The position numbers and the translations under genes are program-made. From NCBI GenBank assembly GCA_973851085.1, contig OZ316776.1, positions 1,860,001 through 1,924,000 on the forward strand: a DNA stretch of 64,000 nt, written 5' to 3'. The notes beneath the pieces are model-generated. The model was not told the origin of the DNA. It saw only the letters and a list, made by a program, of their open reading frames with translations, and made no database searches. The stretch comes from Ptychomitrium polyphyllum. Taxonomy: Eukaryota. Of the stretch, positions 25,008 to 37,052 are shown one piece after another (within the stretch, counting starts at the first letter, position 1; each line of letters starts with the position of its first letter).

Positions 25008-28000
25008 ATGGGTAAGAAGAAGGCCGGTAATGGCGATGAGCTCGGAGCTTCTAAACGACTATACACAAGGGTGAACAAAAATCCCAATCCGATTAATGAG
25101 GCTCCATCCTTTGATTCCAATGAGCAAGGAAATGACATTTGAGTCACTGAGGAAATTGAGGAAATTCAACAAAACAAAGCATTGGAGGGTGGAGAGTATT
25201 CAGGAGCTAGGATTCCTAAGCCACATGATGGTCTAGAAAGCCAAGACCCTGACTTGAGTTTTCGCATAAAAATGCTCGAGTTCATGGACGGTGAGAACCA
25301 AGAACTCAAGCGTGGCAAAGAAGAAAGGACCCGTCAAGAGAAGTTGATTGAGCCTTTGATGGCACAAGGTTCCAGGTCCTCATCTTCGACCAGAAGTTGG
25401 TCAAGGTGAACATGCCAAGCACTGTTTCTGGGCTAGGTAAGGCCAGGAAGGTGAAAGAGTTTCTTTTGGAAATGGACAACTATCATGATGTTCAAAAGCC
25501 GGAGGAGGTGGACAAAGTTTCAATTGCGGTGACCTTTTTGAAAGACCATGCTCTTCAATGGTGGACAAATAAAAAGGAACAAGAGCCGGAGTTGGTGGCG
25601 ACTTTGTCTTGGGTCAATTTTAAAGAGATTTTGAGTGAACGCTTCACTCCGGAATACCAAGAGTTGAGGGAGGGCATGAACTTGGTGTAAATGAGGCACA
25701 CCGGGTCGCTCAAGACTTATGTGTGAGATTTCAACGCCCAAATGAATGCCACACTCAAAATAGATGAGTTTTCAAAGAAATACATTTTTTTGGGTGGGCT
25801 TCAAAAGTGGATGGTGGACGCCTTGTTTAAATTTCCAAAGCTTCCGGAGGACGTGGCGGGAATAATTAAGATTGCGGAAAGAATTGAAGCCGACGGACCC
25901 GAATGAAAATCAAATGGTCCCTCTCAACAAAGTGGATTGAGCCGAAATGTATCTCGCGGTGGAGAATGCAAGAAATTTGGCTTTGGAAACAAACACAAGG
26001 GACAAGTAGATGGAAGGGCCTACAACAAAGTGGACCATCATGAGAGAAAACCATTCAAATTGGGAGATAAGAGTGCAGAGGTGAAGCACAAGCGTTGTCA
26101 TGGGTGTGGCAAGATTGGCCACTTCATTGCGGAGTGCCCCAATAAAAAGGTGAGTACCAAAGCTTGTCACACTTGTATTGTGGATCACATTTTAGAAGGT
26201 GGATTTATGGCCAAGGTTAGTAGCCTTAAGCCAAGGTCAAGTCTTTTATACCTTGAGGCCCAAATAAATGGCAAAAATGTCTCATGTTTGATTGACACAG
26301 GGGCAACGCACTCCTTCATAAGTCCCAAGCTAGCAAGGGTGTTGGGCTTGTCGGCTCAAAAAGCTAGCAAGCCCATCAACGCGCGATTTGCAAAAGGCAA
26401 ACCATACGAGACGAAGGAGGTGGTGTTAGATGTGGCCTTAAGCAGTGGAACATTGGAGTTGAAGGAAAGTTTTACACTATGTGAGATGGATGAGGTAGAC
26501 CTCATTTTAGATTATATCTTTTTCGAAATTCATGTGGTGAATGTGAAGCAAAAGCCAACACGGTTAGTAGTACGCCGTGGTGGGAAGGAGGCAATATTGA
26601 AGTTGACTCGGACTCCTATGGTTGCGGGAGGCAAGTTGAACTTAGTCTCCTTAGAACAATTAGTGAATAACCAATTTGTGGTTGTGATGCGAATGGAGCA
26701 AGAAGAGGGGAATAGGCCAAGTGCCAAGGAGGTTAGGACTATTTTGAAGTGCATTCAAAATGTACTAAGTGGTTACAAGGATGTGCTCACCAATGAGCTG
26801 CCCGTAGAGTTACTGCCAAGAAGAGAAGTGGATCACAAAATTGAAGTGATACCGGGAACGGAACCCCCTTCAAAGGCTCCATATTGGTTGAACCAAAAAG
26901 AGCTAGAAGAATTGAAGAAGCAATTGAATGACTTGTTGGAAAGAGGCTATGTTAGGCCAAGTAAGTCGCCATATAGAACACCGGTCCTCTTCGTGGACAA
27001 AAAAGATGGCAAGCTCCGCATGTGTGTCAACTATAGAGCCTTGAATAAAGCCACCATCGAGAACAACTATCCTTTGCCTCGGATCGATGACCTCTTTGAT
27101 AGATTGGCGGGAGCTAAATACTTTAGTCGGATAGACTTGAAGCCGGGCTACTATCAAATCTGCATTGCGGATGAAGACGTGCCAAAGACCGCATGCCGCA
27201 CTAGGTATGGGTCCTATGAATTTTTGGTGATGCTATTCGGGTTGTGTAATGCTCCTTCGACGTTCACGACCCTCATGAATACCATCTTTTTTGAGAAGAG
27301 ATGGATGACTTTGTCATTGTCTACATCGATGACATCTTAGTGTACTCCAAGTTGGCGGAAGAACATGCAAGGCACCTTGAAGTGGTGCTTCAAAAACTTA
27401 GGGACCACAAACTTTATGCCAACGGAGAAAAGCGTGAGTTTGCTCAACTTGAGATTGAGTTCTTAGGCCATATAGTGACGGATGATGGAATCAAGCCGGA
27501 CATAAGGAAGATAAAGGCAATTAGAGAGTGGAAACAACCTTCTACACAAAAGGGGTTGAGATCATTTCTTGGCCTAGCAAATTATTATAGGAGGTTCATA
27601 CGCAACTTCTCCAAAATTGCTAGACCTTTATCTAACTTGTTGAAGAAAGGAACTAACCAAGTATGGGATGGATTTTGTCACCAAGCTTTTCAAGAACTCA
27701 AGGATAAGTTGTCACAACCGCCGGTATTGAAGTTTGCCGAGTTTAAAAAGCCTTTTGAGGTCCACACGGATGCAAGTGACTTTGCCATTGGCGGAGTGCT
27801 CATGCAAGAAGGCATGCCAATTGCCTATGAGAGCAAGAAGTTGGATGGGTGCCAAAAGAAGTGGCCCACGCGCGAGAAAGAATTCTTTGCCGTAGTGCAT
27901 TGTTTGAAAACATGGCGGCACTACTTGGGCCTACATAAAACCAAAGTCTATACGGACAACGTGTCTTTGAAGTACTTTGAGTCGCAAGCACAAATGAGTG

Positions 28001-29636
28001 CAAAACAATTGAGGTGGCATGACACCTTGGCACTCATGAATGTGGATTTGATCCACAAGCTAGGGCGTGACAATGTAGTGCCAGATGCTCTAAGTAGGCG
28101 GGAGGAGTTGCAAGCAATGGGTACAACCCAAGTCCTGCGAGTAATGTACAAGGGAGAAGGCAATTTGGAAAGGAAGATAAGAGAGAAATACATGAAGGAC
28201 TCCAAAGCACAAAGGCTTCTTGGCGAGCTTAAGAAGGGTAAGAAACTTAAGGAAATTAAGTTGGAGAAGGGATTGCTCAAGTACAAACAAAGTCGGGTGT
28301 ATGTGCCTCAAGGAAACTATGGTTGTTGGTTTTGAAAGAAGAACATTATAGTCCCATAGCCGGCCATAGAGGGGAAAAAACCACCATAGCGGCGGTGTCA
28401 AGAAGGTATTATTGGCCGGGCATGAAAGCGGACATCACCGACTTTGTGAAAACTTGTGTGAAGTGCCAACTCAATAGAGCCTCTTACCAAAAGCAAGCCG
28501 GTCTACTACAACCTTTGCCAATTCCGCCGGGTCCATGGCATAACGTGTCCATGGACTTCATCACAAGTCTTCCGGAATCGCAAGGACATGATGCCATCTT
28601 TGTGATGGTGGATAGCTTTAGCAAGTTGGCGCACATGGTGCCAACTAGAAGAACCGTAACTGCACATGAGACCGCAAAGCTATTCCTTGATGCATGGTGG
28701 AAACATCACGGATTGCCGAGAATGATTGTATCGGACCAAGATCCAAAATTCACTAGTGCTTTTTGGAAACATTTTTTTAGGAAAGTTGGAACCAAATTGA
28801 CATTTAGCACTGCCTTCCATCCTCAAACGGATAGGCAAACGGAACGAGTGAATGGAGTCTTAAACCAATACTTGAGGAACTTTGTGAGTGCGGACCAGTG
28901 CGATTGGGCGGATTATGTGAGCTTAGCGGAGTTCAGTTACAATGCGGCCAACCATTCGGCGACAAACCAGTTGCCATTTAAGGTGGCCTATGGAGTGGAG
29001 CCACTCCAGCCTGCCGACTTAGCTCTCGAAGGGGCACATTCAGCACTAGAATTTAACCAAGACGGTGAGAATTTGGCCAAAAAGCGGGAACAGATGTTGG
29101 AGAAGACCAAGCTTTTGTTGGAAAAGGCACAAAAGCGGTACGAGAAACAAGTCAATGCCGGAAGACGTGAAGTGGAGTATGAAGTAGGCCAAAAGTTGTT
29201 GTTGAATGTGAAGAACTTTAGCTTGCCCAAAGGCCTCACTCCAAAGTTCATGTCCAAGTTTGCGGGGCCGTTTTCCATTGTGGAGCGGATGTTTAAAGAT
29301 GTGTACAAGTTGGAACTACCACCCGAAATCAAAGTGCACCCAACATTTCATGTCTCACTCCTTAAGCCATTCAAAAAAGATACCTTGTGGCTCAATTGCA
29401 AACAAGTGATTTGGCCACCGCCGGAATTGGTGGGCGACCACTTGGAATACGAAGTAGAAGGAATTCTCAAGTGTAGGCACCACAAGAAAGTAGGAAAAGA
29501 GTATTTGGTGAAGTGGAGAGGGTACCATGAAAAGGAAGCAACTTGGGTAGCAGGTAAGGACTTGGGAAATGCCAATGAAGTGGTGGAACGCTTTGAAAGG
29601 GATAGGAACTCCAATAAAAGACAACGTCGGCATTGA
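25008..29636 (+). pseudogene. gag-pol of element C (gag, zinc knuckle, PR, RT, RNase H, integrase, chromodomain), lightly disrupted
   Basis: [53 protein letters not shown]...CVKC, FHPQTDRQTER, EYEVEGILKCRHHKKVGKEYLVKWRGY. In-frame stops in gag (e.g. 25688-25690) and frame changes near 27290 and 28320. Confidence 0.93.
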
Positions 29637-30427
29637 TGAGGACATCAATCTCTTTTAGTAGGGGGAGAGTGGCTTGTAGTTATAACTTCTTCACATCATG
29701 TATTGGTTCCTTGACTTATGGCAATAAAGTTCAACTTTTGTGTGTGCAAAGAGAAGAGTATAAGATGACGTCCTAGTCTTGTGCTTGTGCTAAGTTGGTA
29801 GAAGAGGGGGAATAGACATGTGAAACCAAGTTGGGAAGGCCGAGTAATGGGGAGCAAGGCTGGGAGGAGGAATGGTTAAAACCATGAAACCTCCTTACCT
29901 CGGGCTTGTCTGGACAAGGACAAGGTAATGGCGCGTGCTCATAAAAGCGCCACTCCTACAAACTAACAAAAATTAGTGCATGGGAGTCATGAACCCATGT
30001 CTCAATAGAGATAGTGGGATCCAGGTTGGGCGGAACTTGGCATTACCCCCATGCGATCAAGTCGTGGAATAAAAAGCCACCTTGGGTTTGCAACCAAGAC
30101 AACTTGGTAGAGCATTGAGGTCCAGCCTAATCAAAAAGGAAGAGTCAGGGAAGTGTAGCCTAACTAGGGAGTGTATCCCAAGAGGGTCTCAAAGTAGGTA
30201 GGTCTAAAGTAGTTTAGGGCCCCAAAGATTTTTGTCTAAGGTGCCTAAACAGACCACCTCCTAAACGACACCTTTGAGACTTTGCCAAAGACTTAATAAA
30301 TCATTGTGGGAGTCGCACCCTGGATGAAACACAATATTGTACCACTAGAGGATGGCAATCTTGGAATTGGTATGTCAATTACAAGTATAGTCAATGAGGG
30401 CATCGACTCCAATAAGGTGGAGGTGGG

Positions 30428-31572
30428 TGTCGCGCACCTCTCCTTGAGGAGTGCCCGCAACACTAAAGGCACAAGGGGGACCCCGGAGTGACGTCCGGGA
30501 CTTGTGGCGCCGATAGTGAGAGAAACCAAGTGGGCCTAGCATGGGAAGGACCCCTAAGGGGGAGAAACATCCTTGCCCATGTAGACCAAGGGCCACAAGG
30601 GATAGATGGCTGGCATTGGAAGAATCACAAAGAGCTGATTCTAGAATGCTAAAAATTGTCCAAATCGGACAAGGGAGCTAAAAGTTATGGCATCCCAAAG
30701 TTGAGGTTGCCAAGGGGCTGTTCTGGAGTGTGGCAGCCCTACTCGGTGACTGTACTGGAGTGGGACAATCCAAGGAGGGACTCCCCGGGAGTCCCGAACC
30801 TTGGGAGAGGCGTATCTCTCACAATACTAACTTAAATCGGACGTTTGAGGAGTCTATCGGCATCAACGCAAAGAGTAGATGACAATAAACTGGTCGTTTG
30901 ATACATTTGGGCACCGGATGAGGAAGATATGGCTTCCTGAAGATCCGCTGGGAGTCCCGGAGGCTTCCAGCGGCTAAGTCCCAAGGGAGATTGGGTGGTC
31001 TTCCAAAACTCTAGGTGTGTCGGGTTTCATCCAGCTACAGAGGGCCAGGGGGCCTGCTGAATCCCATAGAGAGTACTATAAGGGAAGGCTGGTCCCCCTC
31101 CCCACTCCCCTAGTGTCCCGGTAGAGACCAAGGATGAGTCCCGGTTGGTGGAGCTAGTGTTGGAGCTTCACCACGGGGACTTCGACACTATTGTGAGCCG
31201 GTGGACGGCCGGTTTCACGAAGGGAACTAGCACATTCAAAAGGGTACGCTTGTTACCACTAAGTTGGGGTGGTGTCTTCACGCCGACACCATGATGGCCC
31301 GGAGTGATCTTAGGATGACATGGGTATCATGAGTGGTGGTGAGGAGACACCACTAAGTGCGGTTAGGCCGTGTGGAATGGGAGTAACACCAAGGAGGCCT
31401 TGGATATGAATGGAAGTCCGCACCTAATCATTGGCTATTAATAAATTGGGTGTCCTAAGAAAAATGGTAGAAAGACTTGGAAAGTGAAAATGGGGGTTAA
31501 CCATGTACATGTGGGGGTATACAGGGTTGACGCGCGTGACGCTTGCTAAGGTGCATTACAAGGGTTGCAACA
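30428..31572 (+). repeat. 3' LTR of element C
   Basis: TGTCGCGCACC...GGGTTGCAACA followed by TSD GAGGC. Confidence 0.95.
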
Positions 31573-32678
31573 GAGGCCTTGGACATGAACCAAAGTCCGC
31601 ACCTAACTATTGGCTACCAATCAATTGGTAGTCTTCAGATAAATGGTAGAAAGAATTGGAAACCAAGCCTATGACTTGGAGAGTGAAAATGGAGGTTAAC
31701 CATGTGCATATGAGGCTGTACAAGGTTGATGTGCGTGACATTTGTTAAGGTGCATTACAAAGGTTGTGACAACTATGTCGCATATTGTTTGGAACTTCCA
31801 ACATCAATAAAAGTACATCCCGTCTTCCACGTTTCACTATTGGAAACTTATAGAAAATCAAGTATCCCTGGACAAAGGCAGTTGCCAGCACTTATAGTCA
31901 AAACCGACAATCGTCTTGAATTTGAAGTAGAAGAAATGCTTAACTCATGGATAAGACGTGGAAAGCTGGAATACGTGGTACATTGGTGCGGATATGACAT
32001 TAGTGAACGTATATAGAAGTTAGCTAACAAACTTGCCACTTCATCAGTAAAAGCTCGTGAGTTCCATCGACAACATCCATCCAAATCAAAAGTAGCAGTA
32101 GATGGAATAGTGGCTTTGTAAGATTGCGTAAATTTAAAGGCTTTTGATGCTTGGGCTTTCAAATAGGAGAGAAAGCAATTCCTACATCATAAGTTTCCAA
32201 AGTCCTAGACACAATTTAGAAATTAGTCGTTTGTATTTTGAAGTTTGTTATAGTTTTTTGAGAGTAACTCGATACATTAGATATGAATAGTCAAGATGCA
32301 GATACCACGTCAGTGGTGTCAATCTAACTAAGTGGCTCTCGTTGACGACCTCGTGATGAAGAATAGATTGGACTAAGAAGACGTCAAAAGATATCCAGCA
32401 TTAAATTGTTGGTGATTGTCGTTGAAGTCAAACTAGCTTACAAAAGTTATCTTGAAGCTGTTTTTGAAGGCCACTTTTACAACAAAGGTATGGAAGTATA
32501 TGCTTGGTCCCAAGTAAAAGATGTTGGACATTATTGGTGGTTACAAGGACAAATGAATCATTTGAATTGAGAACGACAATTGGAGTATATTGCAGATACC
32601 ATATGACAAATCTTTGACTTTCTACGACTCTAAGCATTTGTTATTCCTTGGAGACCTCGGAGCTAGAAGGGAAGGTGA

Positions 32679-33095
32679 TGTCACGGACATATATATTAGA
32701 AGCACCTAGATAGGTTTTTAGAAGATTTAGGAAGCTTCCAATGAAGTTGCCTTGATTTAGAAAGCTTGTAAGGAAGTTATCTTTAAATTAATAAGCTTCC
32801 AAGAAAGTTACCTCGGCCTATGAAACTTCCAAGGAAGCAATTCAAGATTGCTTGAGTACAAAGCAATGTAGGTGAAGCTTCTTAAAAAGCTTCCAAGGCT
32901 TATAGTCTAGTATATAAGAGTCGAGGCTAAAGAGCCCCTCAGTCTTGATAGCGCATCTCTTGTGGTCTATTTCAAACCTTCTGGCCTTGTCTTTTGTACC
33001 TTGTTGTAGTTCTATATCTCTAATATACTTGGACTTATCTTGTTCCACATCTTGGAATCTTGAAGCCTTGTCTTGTGGTTACTCTATTCGTAACA
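32679..33095 (+). repeat. 3' LTR of element A
   Basis: TGTCACGGAC...TTCGTAACA followed by TSD CTTGC. Confidence 0.9.
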
Positions 33096-34956
33096 CTTGC
33101 CACAATACAAACATAAGTTTCTTCTTTGATACCTTTTTTTCTCCCCTAGATTCAAATGTCTAAATTGGGCACTTTAATAATATGCATAAATTCCAATCTT
33201 TGTGGTTGGCTTTTTAATACTTTTGAAGAAATGATAGCCGTACTTTGATGTATTGGTCTCTATCCCAAATATTATTCTTGGCACTTTATAAATAGTCTAT
33301 TGTCATATGCTATTACTTAAGCAATGAATTTTTCAAACGTATCAATCTTTAGTATTGAAAATAGCAAATCCTTTACATTTTCTCATGAGCCCCATCAAAA
33401 TTATGTGACCAATGCTTTATCATTCCAATCAAGGTTGCAAGTTAGTCATGAAATTCTCCAACATATGTTGCAGCCAAGCACTAATCTTGTTGTAGACTTT
33501 AAATTCTTGTTTCAATCATCTTTTTTTGGTTGATGTCTCCAAATATAGATGTCCATACTTCCATGAAAGTATCTAAGTTGTTCAATAATGATAATTTCTT
33601 TTTTATTAATGCTATAAACTATAATAACATTTTGTTTGATAGAAAAGTGGCTACAAACTCTACTTGAATAGTGTTGTCAAAATACCAAAATTGATGCAAA
33701 TTATAAAAGAGCCTTACTTGTTGAACAAAGCCTTTCAACTTCTATCTTAATCCATCAAACTTCTTTGGCATATTAATCTTTGGCTTTGCATGGTTTTGAC
33801 GTAAGACCTCTTCTCCAATATTAGCTTCTTGCAATCAAACAATTTCTTAATATAGACTCTAAATATCATCATTGAATTCTTCAATCTGACAAGTGTGTTG
33901 TTCTAAATTGTTGGTGATATTAAAGCAAGCAAGCTCCAATTGAATTGTGTTTAATAATTTTTGAAGATCTACAATAGTTGCAAATCTATTTTCTAAATAT
34001 TCCTAGCACATTATCCATATTCAATCCAACAAACTTTGTAAATGAAAAAGAAGAAGAAAAATAAATAAATAAATAAAACTAGCGTAAAAGAGAATAATTT
34101 GCAATCTTAAGGATCTTCAATATCTTCAAGAAAAAAAACTACATACTTAACACTATAAGAGACAAGAAGACTATCAACATTTTCAAAGGAGGGTAATCCT
34201 CATCCTTTAAAAGATTAGTTTTTTTCCTAAAAGAAATAGTCTTCTTAAATTCTTAGGGACACAAAAAACAAGAAGTAGTTACAAAGTGGTTTCCAAGAAT
34301 TAGCTTCTAAAGAGCTAATGATTAACAAGAATTGATATAAAGACTAGAATAAAGGCTCAATACAATATGATCTACAACTTTTGTTGGCAAGACTAAGATA
34401 AACCTTGTCTTTCCTCTTATTTATACTATAGTTCTTATTTTTTCTTAAATACTTCTAAAAAGGCTTCTTATAAAGTTTAAGAATATTCTAGAAGTCTATA
34501 GAACCTTTCTAAGAAATTTCCTAAGGAGTTAAAAACTTCTTAAAAAATTTCCAAAAGAGGTGGAATCAATCCAAGAAGTTTTTCAAAGAGATGGAATGGC
34601 ATTGAAAGTAATCTAAGAAGCTACAACAATATACCAAAAGTTTCTAAATGACTTTAAAGACTATATTGTATAATTCATGTTTGTGATAATGTTGTCAAGA
34701 CTAAAGATCCGTATAGCCTCAATTCTTATTTTTATTAGATTTAGAATCTTTTGGAAGCTACTCAAAGAGCTATTAATATAATACTTTGTACCCAAGCAAC
34801 CTCAAGTTGCTTCTTTGACAAAAGTATGAAAGCTTTTTAATCAAGATAGGTTCTTTATAGATTTTTTAAACCTCTTTAGGCCTTTTGAAAATCTTTTTAG
34901 ACTTCCTTGGATCTTCTTGGTCTTTCTAGAAGTTTTTAATATGTATGTTCGTGACA
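33096..34956 (-). mobile_element. Element D, 5' part: decayed LTR-like sequence, leader and gag of an A-related element
   Basis: Minus strand begins TGTCACGAACATACATATT at 34956 (cf. the A LTR start) and contains GAAGCAACTTGAGGTTGCTTGGGTACAAAG (cf. A U3). Leader motif near 34180-34210 matches A's leader. gag remnants PKINMPKKFDG..KGFVQQVRL and EKKRYQRRNLCLYCGK run up to the A insertion site. Confidence 0.75.
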
Positions 34957-37052
34957 TAATGCTCCTCTGCCATTCATCTTAGAAACACCGAGTTTTTTTT
35001 TTGTAAGTTCTCTTAAAGATGATTTTTTTAATTTCTTCTCTAAAGACTTTCATACATAATAATATTTTAACTTTGTTTATTCATTATTCTCTTTTTATAA
35101 CTCATTGTCAGCAAATTATCTTTGATTTCTTTCTTGAAATTGTAGACTTGCAAGTTCTTTGGATCTTTAAAGAATAAATTATCTTAGAAATGCACATATT
35201 CAAAACTTGCAAAAGAGTAGAGACACAACATAGCATTTTTTTATAACTATCAATATTGTTATTACTAGATTTTGCCTTTACAAAGGCATTTTCTTTGAGA
35301 TTCATTAAAAAATGATAGTTTGAATCATATTTAGTATTCAAATACTTGTGCTTTTTTGTATAGCAATTGTGCATTTTAAGAATGAACAATGCTTTTAGAA
35401 ACAACTTCTTTAATATTATTTTTTCTTTCAACTTCTTTTATTCTCATTTTTGAAGACATACATCTTTTACAACACCATTTTAGCTGCCTATGCAGCCACG
35501 TCTTTTTATAAGGCCTTCTTTTTTTTTGAATGCATTGCACTTTTATATTGCTTGTTTTCATTGCCTTAATGGCAACTTCTTTTGTTTCCACATCATTCAT
35601 TTTCTAATTCAAAAATCAACAACAAATTTTAAATTAAAGCTAAAATTGACTCAAATATATTCCAAATTTTGAAATTTTTAGAATAACAAGGTCAAGAAAA
35701 CTTGCAAATTTCAAAACCATCTTGATCAAGAAACCACATCTATAATTTTACCTTTAAAATCAAAGATTAAAATATTAGCCACTTTAAACTTAAAGAAAAT
35801 CCATCAATGATACTTTTGATGAAATTTGGAAAAAAACTCCAAGTTTCTACCATTGGGGTTACAATTTGGAAGATTGGACAATCATAATTCAAACAAGAGC
35901 TACAATCAATGCAGCCTTTGGGCCTTGAACGACTTATTCCAACTTCCCACTTACAGAGTGGGACTCAAGAAATTAACCACCTCAAGCTCTATAAAATCTA
36001 CTAATAAAACAACCACCAAAATTTATTCAATTCATTCCAAGTTCAACAAGTCACACAATGGAACAAATTGGCTATAATAAAATCAAGATACCAAGATGAA
36101 ATGAAACAAAGCATATGATGCAGAAGATTCATCCAAAATCCTTTGAAACCATGCAAAAGTAGAAAAACAAGATTTTCAACAATGCAAGAAAAAAGACGAG
36201 ATCAAAGTGCAAACCAAGATAATGCCACGACAGCCATTCAAAGAATATTGCTACTACTGCAAATTTTTAATTCTGTTGAATCTCCATTTCTGAAAGTGGG
36301 TTTGACATTTCAAGTTCAAACTTTGAATACATAATGATACACTGGTAATTTGATACCAAAAACTATGATTTCCCTACCAAGATCAACCTTCACTACAACT
36401 CTACAATGCCAAAACACAAATTCCAAACATCCAATCATACAATGGTACAACACCAACTAACCAAGCAATAAATGCGCAATACAATTCGGCTTTGACGAAA
36501 GGCAAGGGAGAAGAACTGGAGTAAAAGGAGCTCACCTCCACGTTAGTGATGCTCCTTTTGACGATGTAAGGACTTTGCATGGCACTCACGCATGCTTGGC
36601 TCCAGGTCCTAATTGAACCTATGCGTCCCGTGCAATGAATGGCATCTTAGCTATTGAGCAAATCAACAATCGTGCAATGACTGAGTGGCAGAAAAAGAAC
36701 CTCCACGCTTGGTAGTGCAAAGGGTGCGCAGGGAGGGGCTCTCTCAAGAGCAGTACAAAAAGTTGCACACCGAAAGTCGTCACCCGTACCCGAAACCGTA
36801 ACCACAGTCAAAACTGTCATCGTACACAAAATCGTTATTGTATCCAAAACCGTTACCGTACTCAGAAAGGGAACGTCTAAAAGTTAAGAGATCTAGAGGT
36901 GAGAGGTGTACGTAGGGAGAGGATGGGAGCGATATTGGGGTGCAGGCAGGGGGGTGGGAGTAGGGGCGTGAAAGAGGCACGCGACGCCGGAGCGGGGGGA
37001 GGCGCAAGAGCAGCGACGGAGGGCGCTGGGCGTGGCGTGGCTGCGGTTCCAA

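Larger units (their letters stand above)
23811..31572 (+). mobile_element. Element C: youngest full-length Ty3/gypsy chromovirus with tRNA-Met PBS
   Basis: 1145-bp LTRs 23811-24955 and 30428-31572. TSD GAGGC at 23806-23810 and 31573-31577. PBS TGGTATCAGAG at 24958-24968. PPT AAGGTGGAGGTGGG before 30428. Confidence 0.95.
22843..31771 (+). mobile_element. Element B: older solo LTR of the element-C family (22843-23810 + 31578-31771), inserted in the integrase C-terminus of A
   Basis: The two pieces are colinear with the C LTR (TATCGTGCACC... / ...AAGGTTGTGACA). Flanks ACTAC (22838-22842) / ACTAT (31772-31776) form a TSD with one transition. Removing B restores AIEKQVNY|VAYCLELPTSIKVHPVFHVSLL. 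Confidence 0.85.
17977..33095 (+). mobile_element. Element A: full-length but decayed Ty3/gypsy chromovirus (Tcn1/Tf1-like), carrying nested insertions
   Basis: LTR pair 17977-18395 / 32679-33095 with TG...CA ends. 5-bp TSD CTTGC at 17972-17976 and 33096-33100. PPT-like purine tract AGAAGGGAAGG before the 3' LTR. Degenerate gag, PR (LIDSRASACFID), RT (YLDDILIYS), RH, INT and chromodomain (FEVEEMLNSWIRRGKLEYVVHWCGY). Confidence 0.92.
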
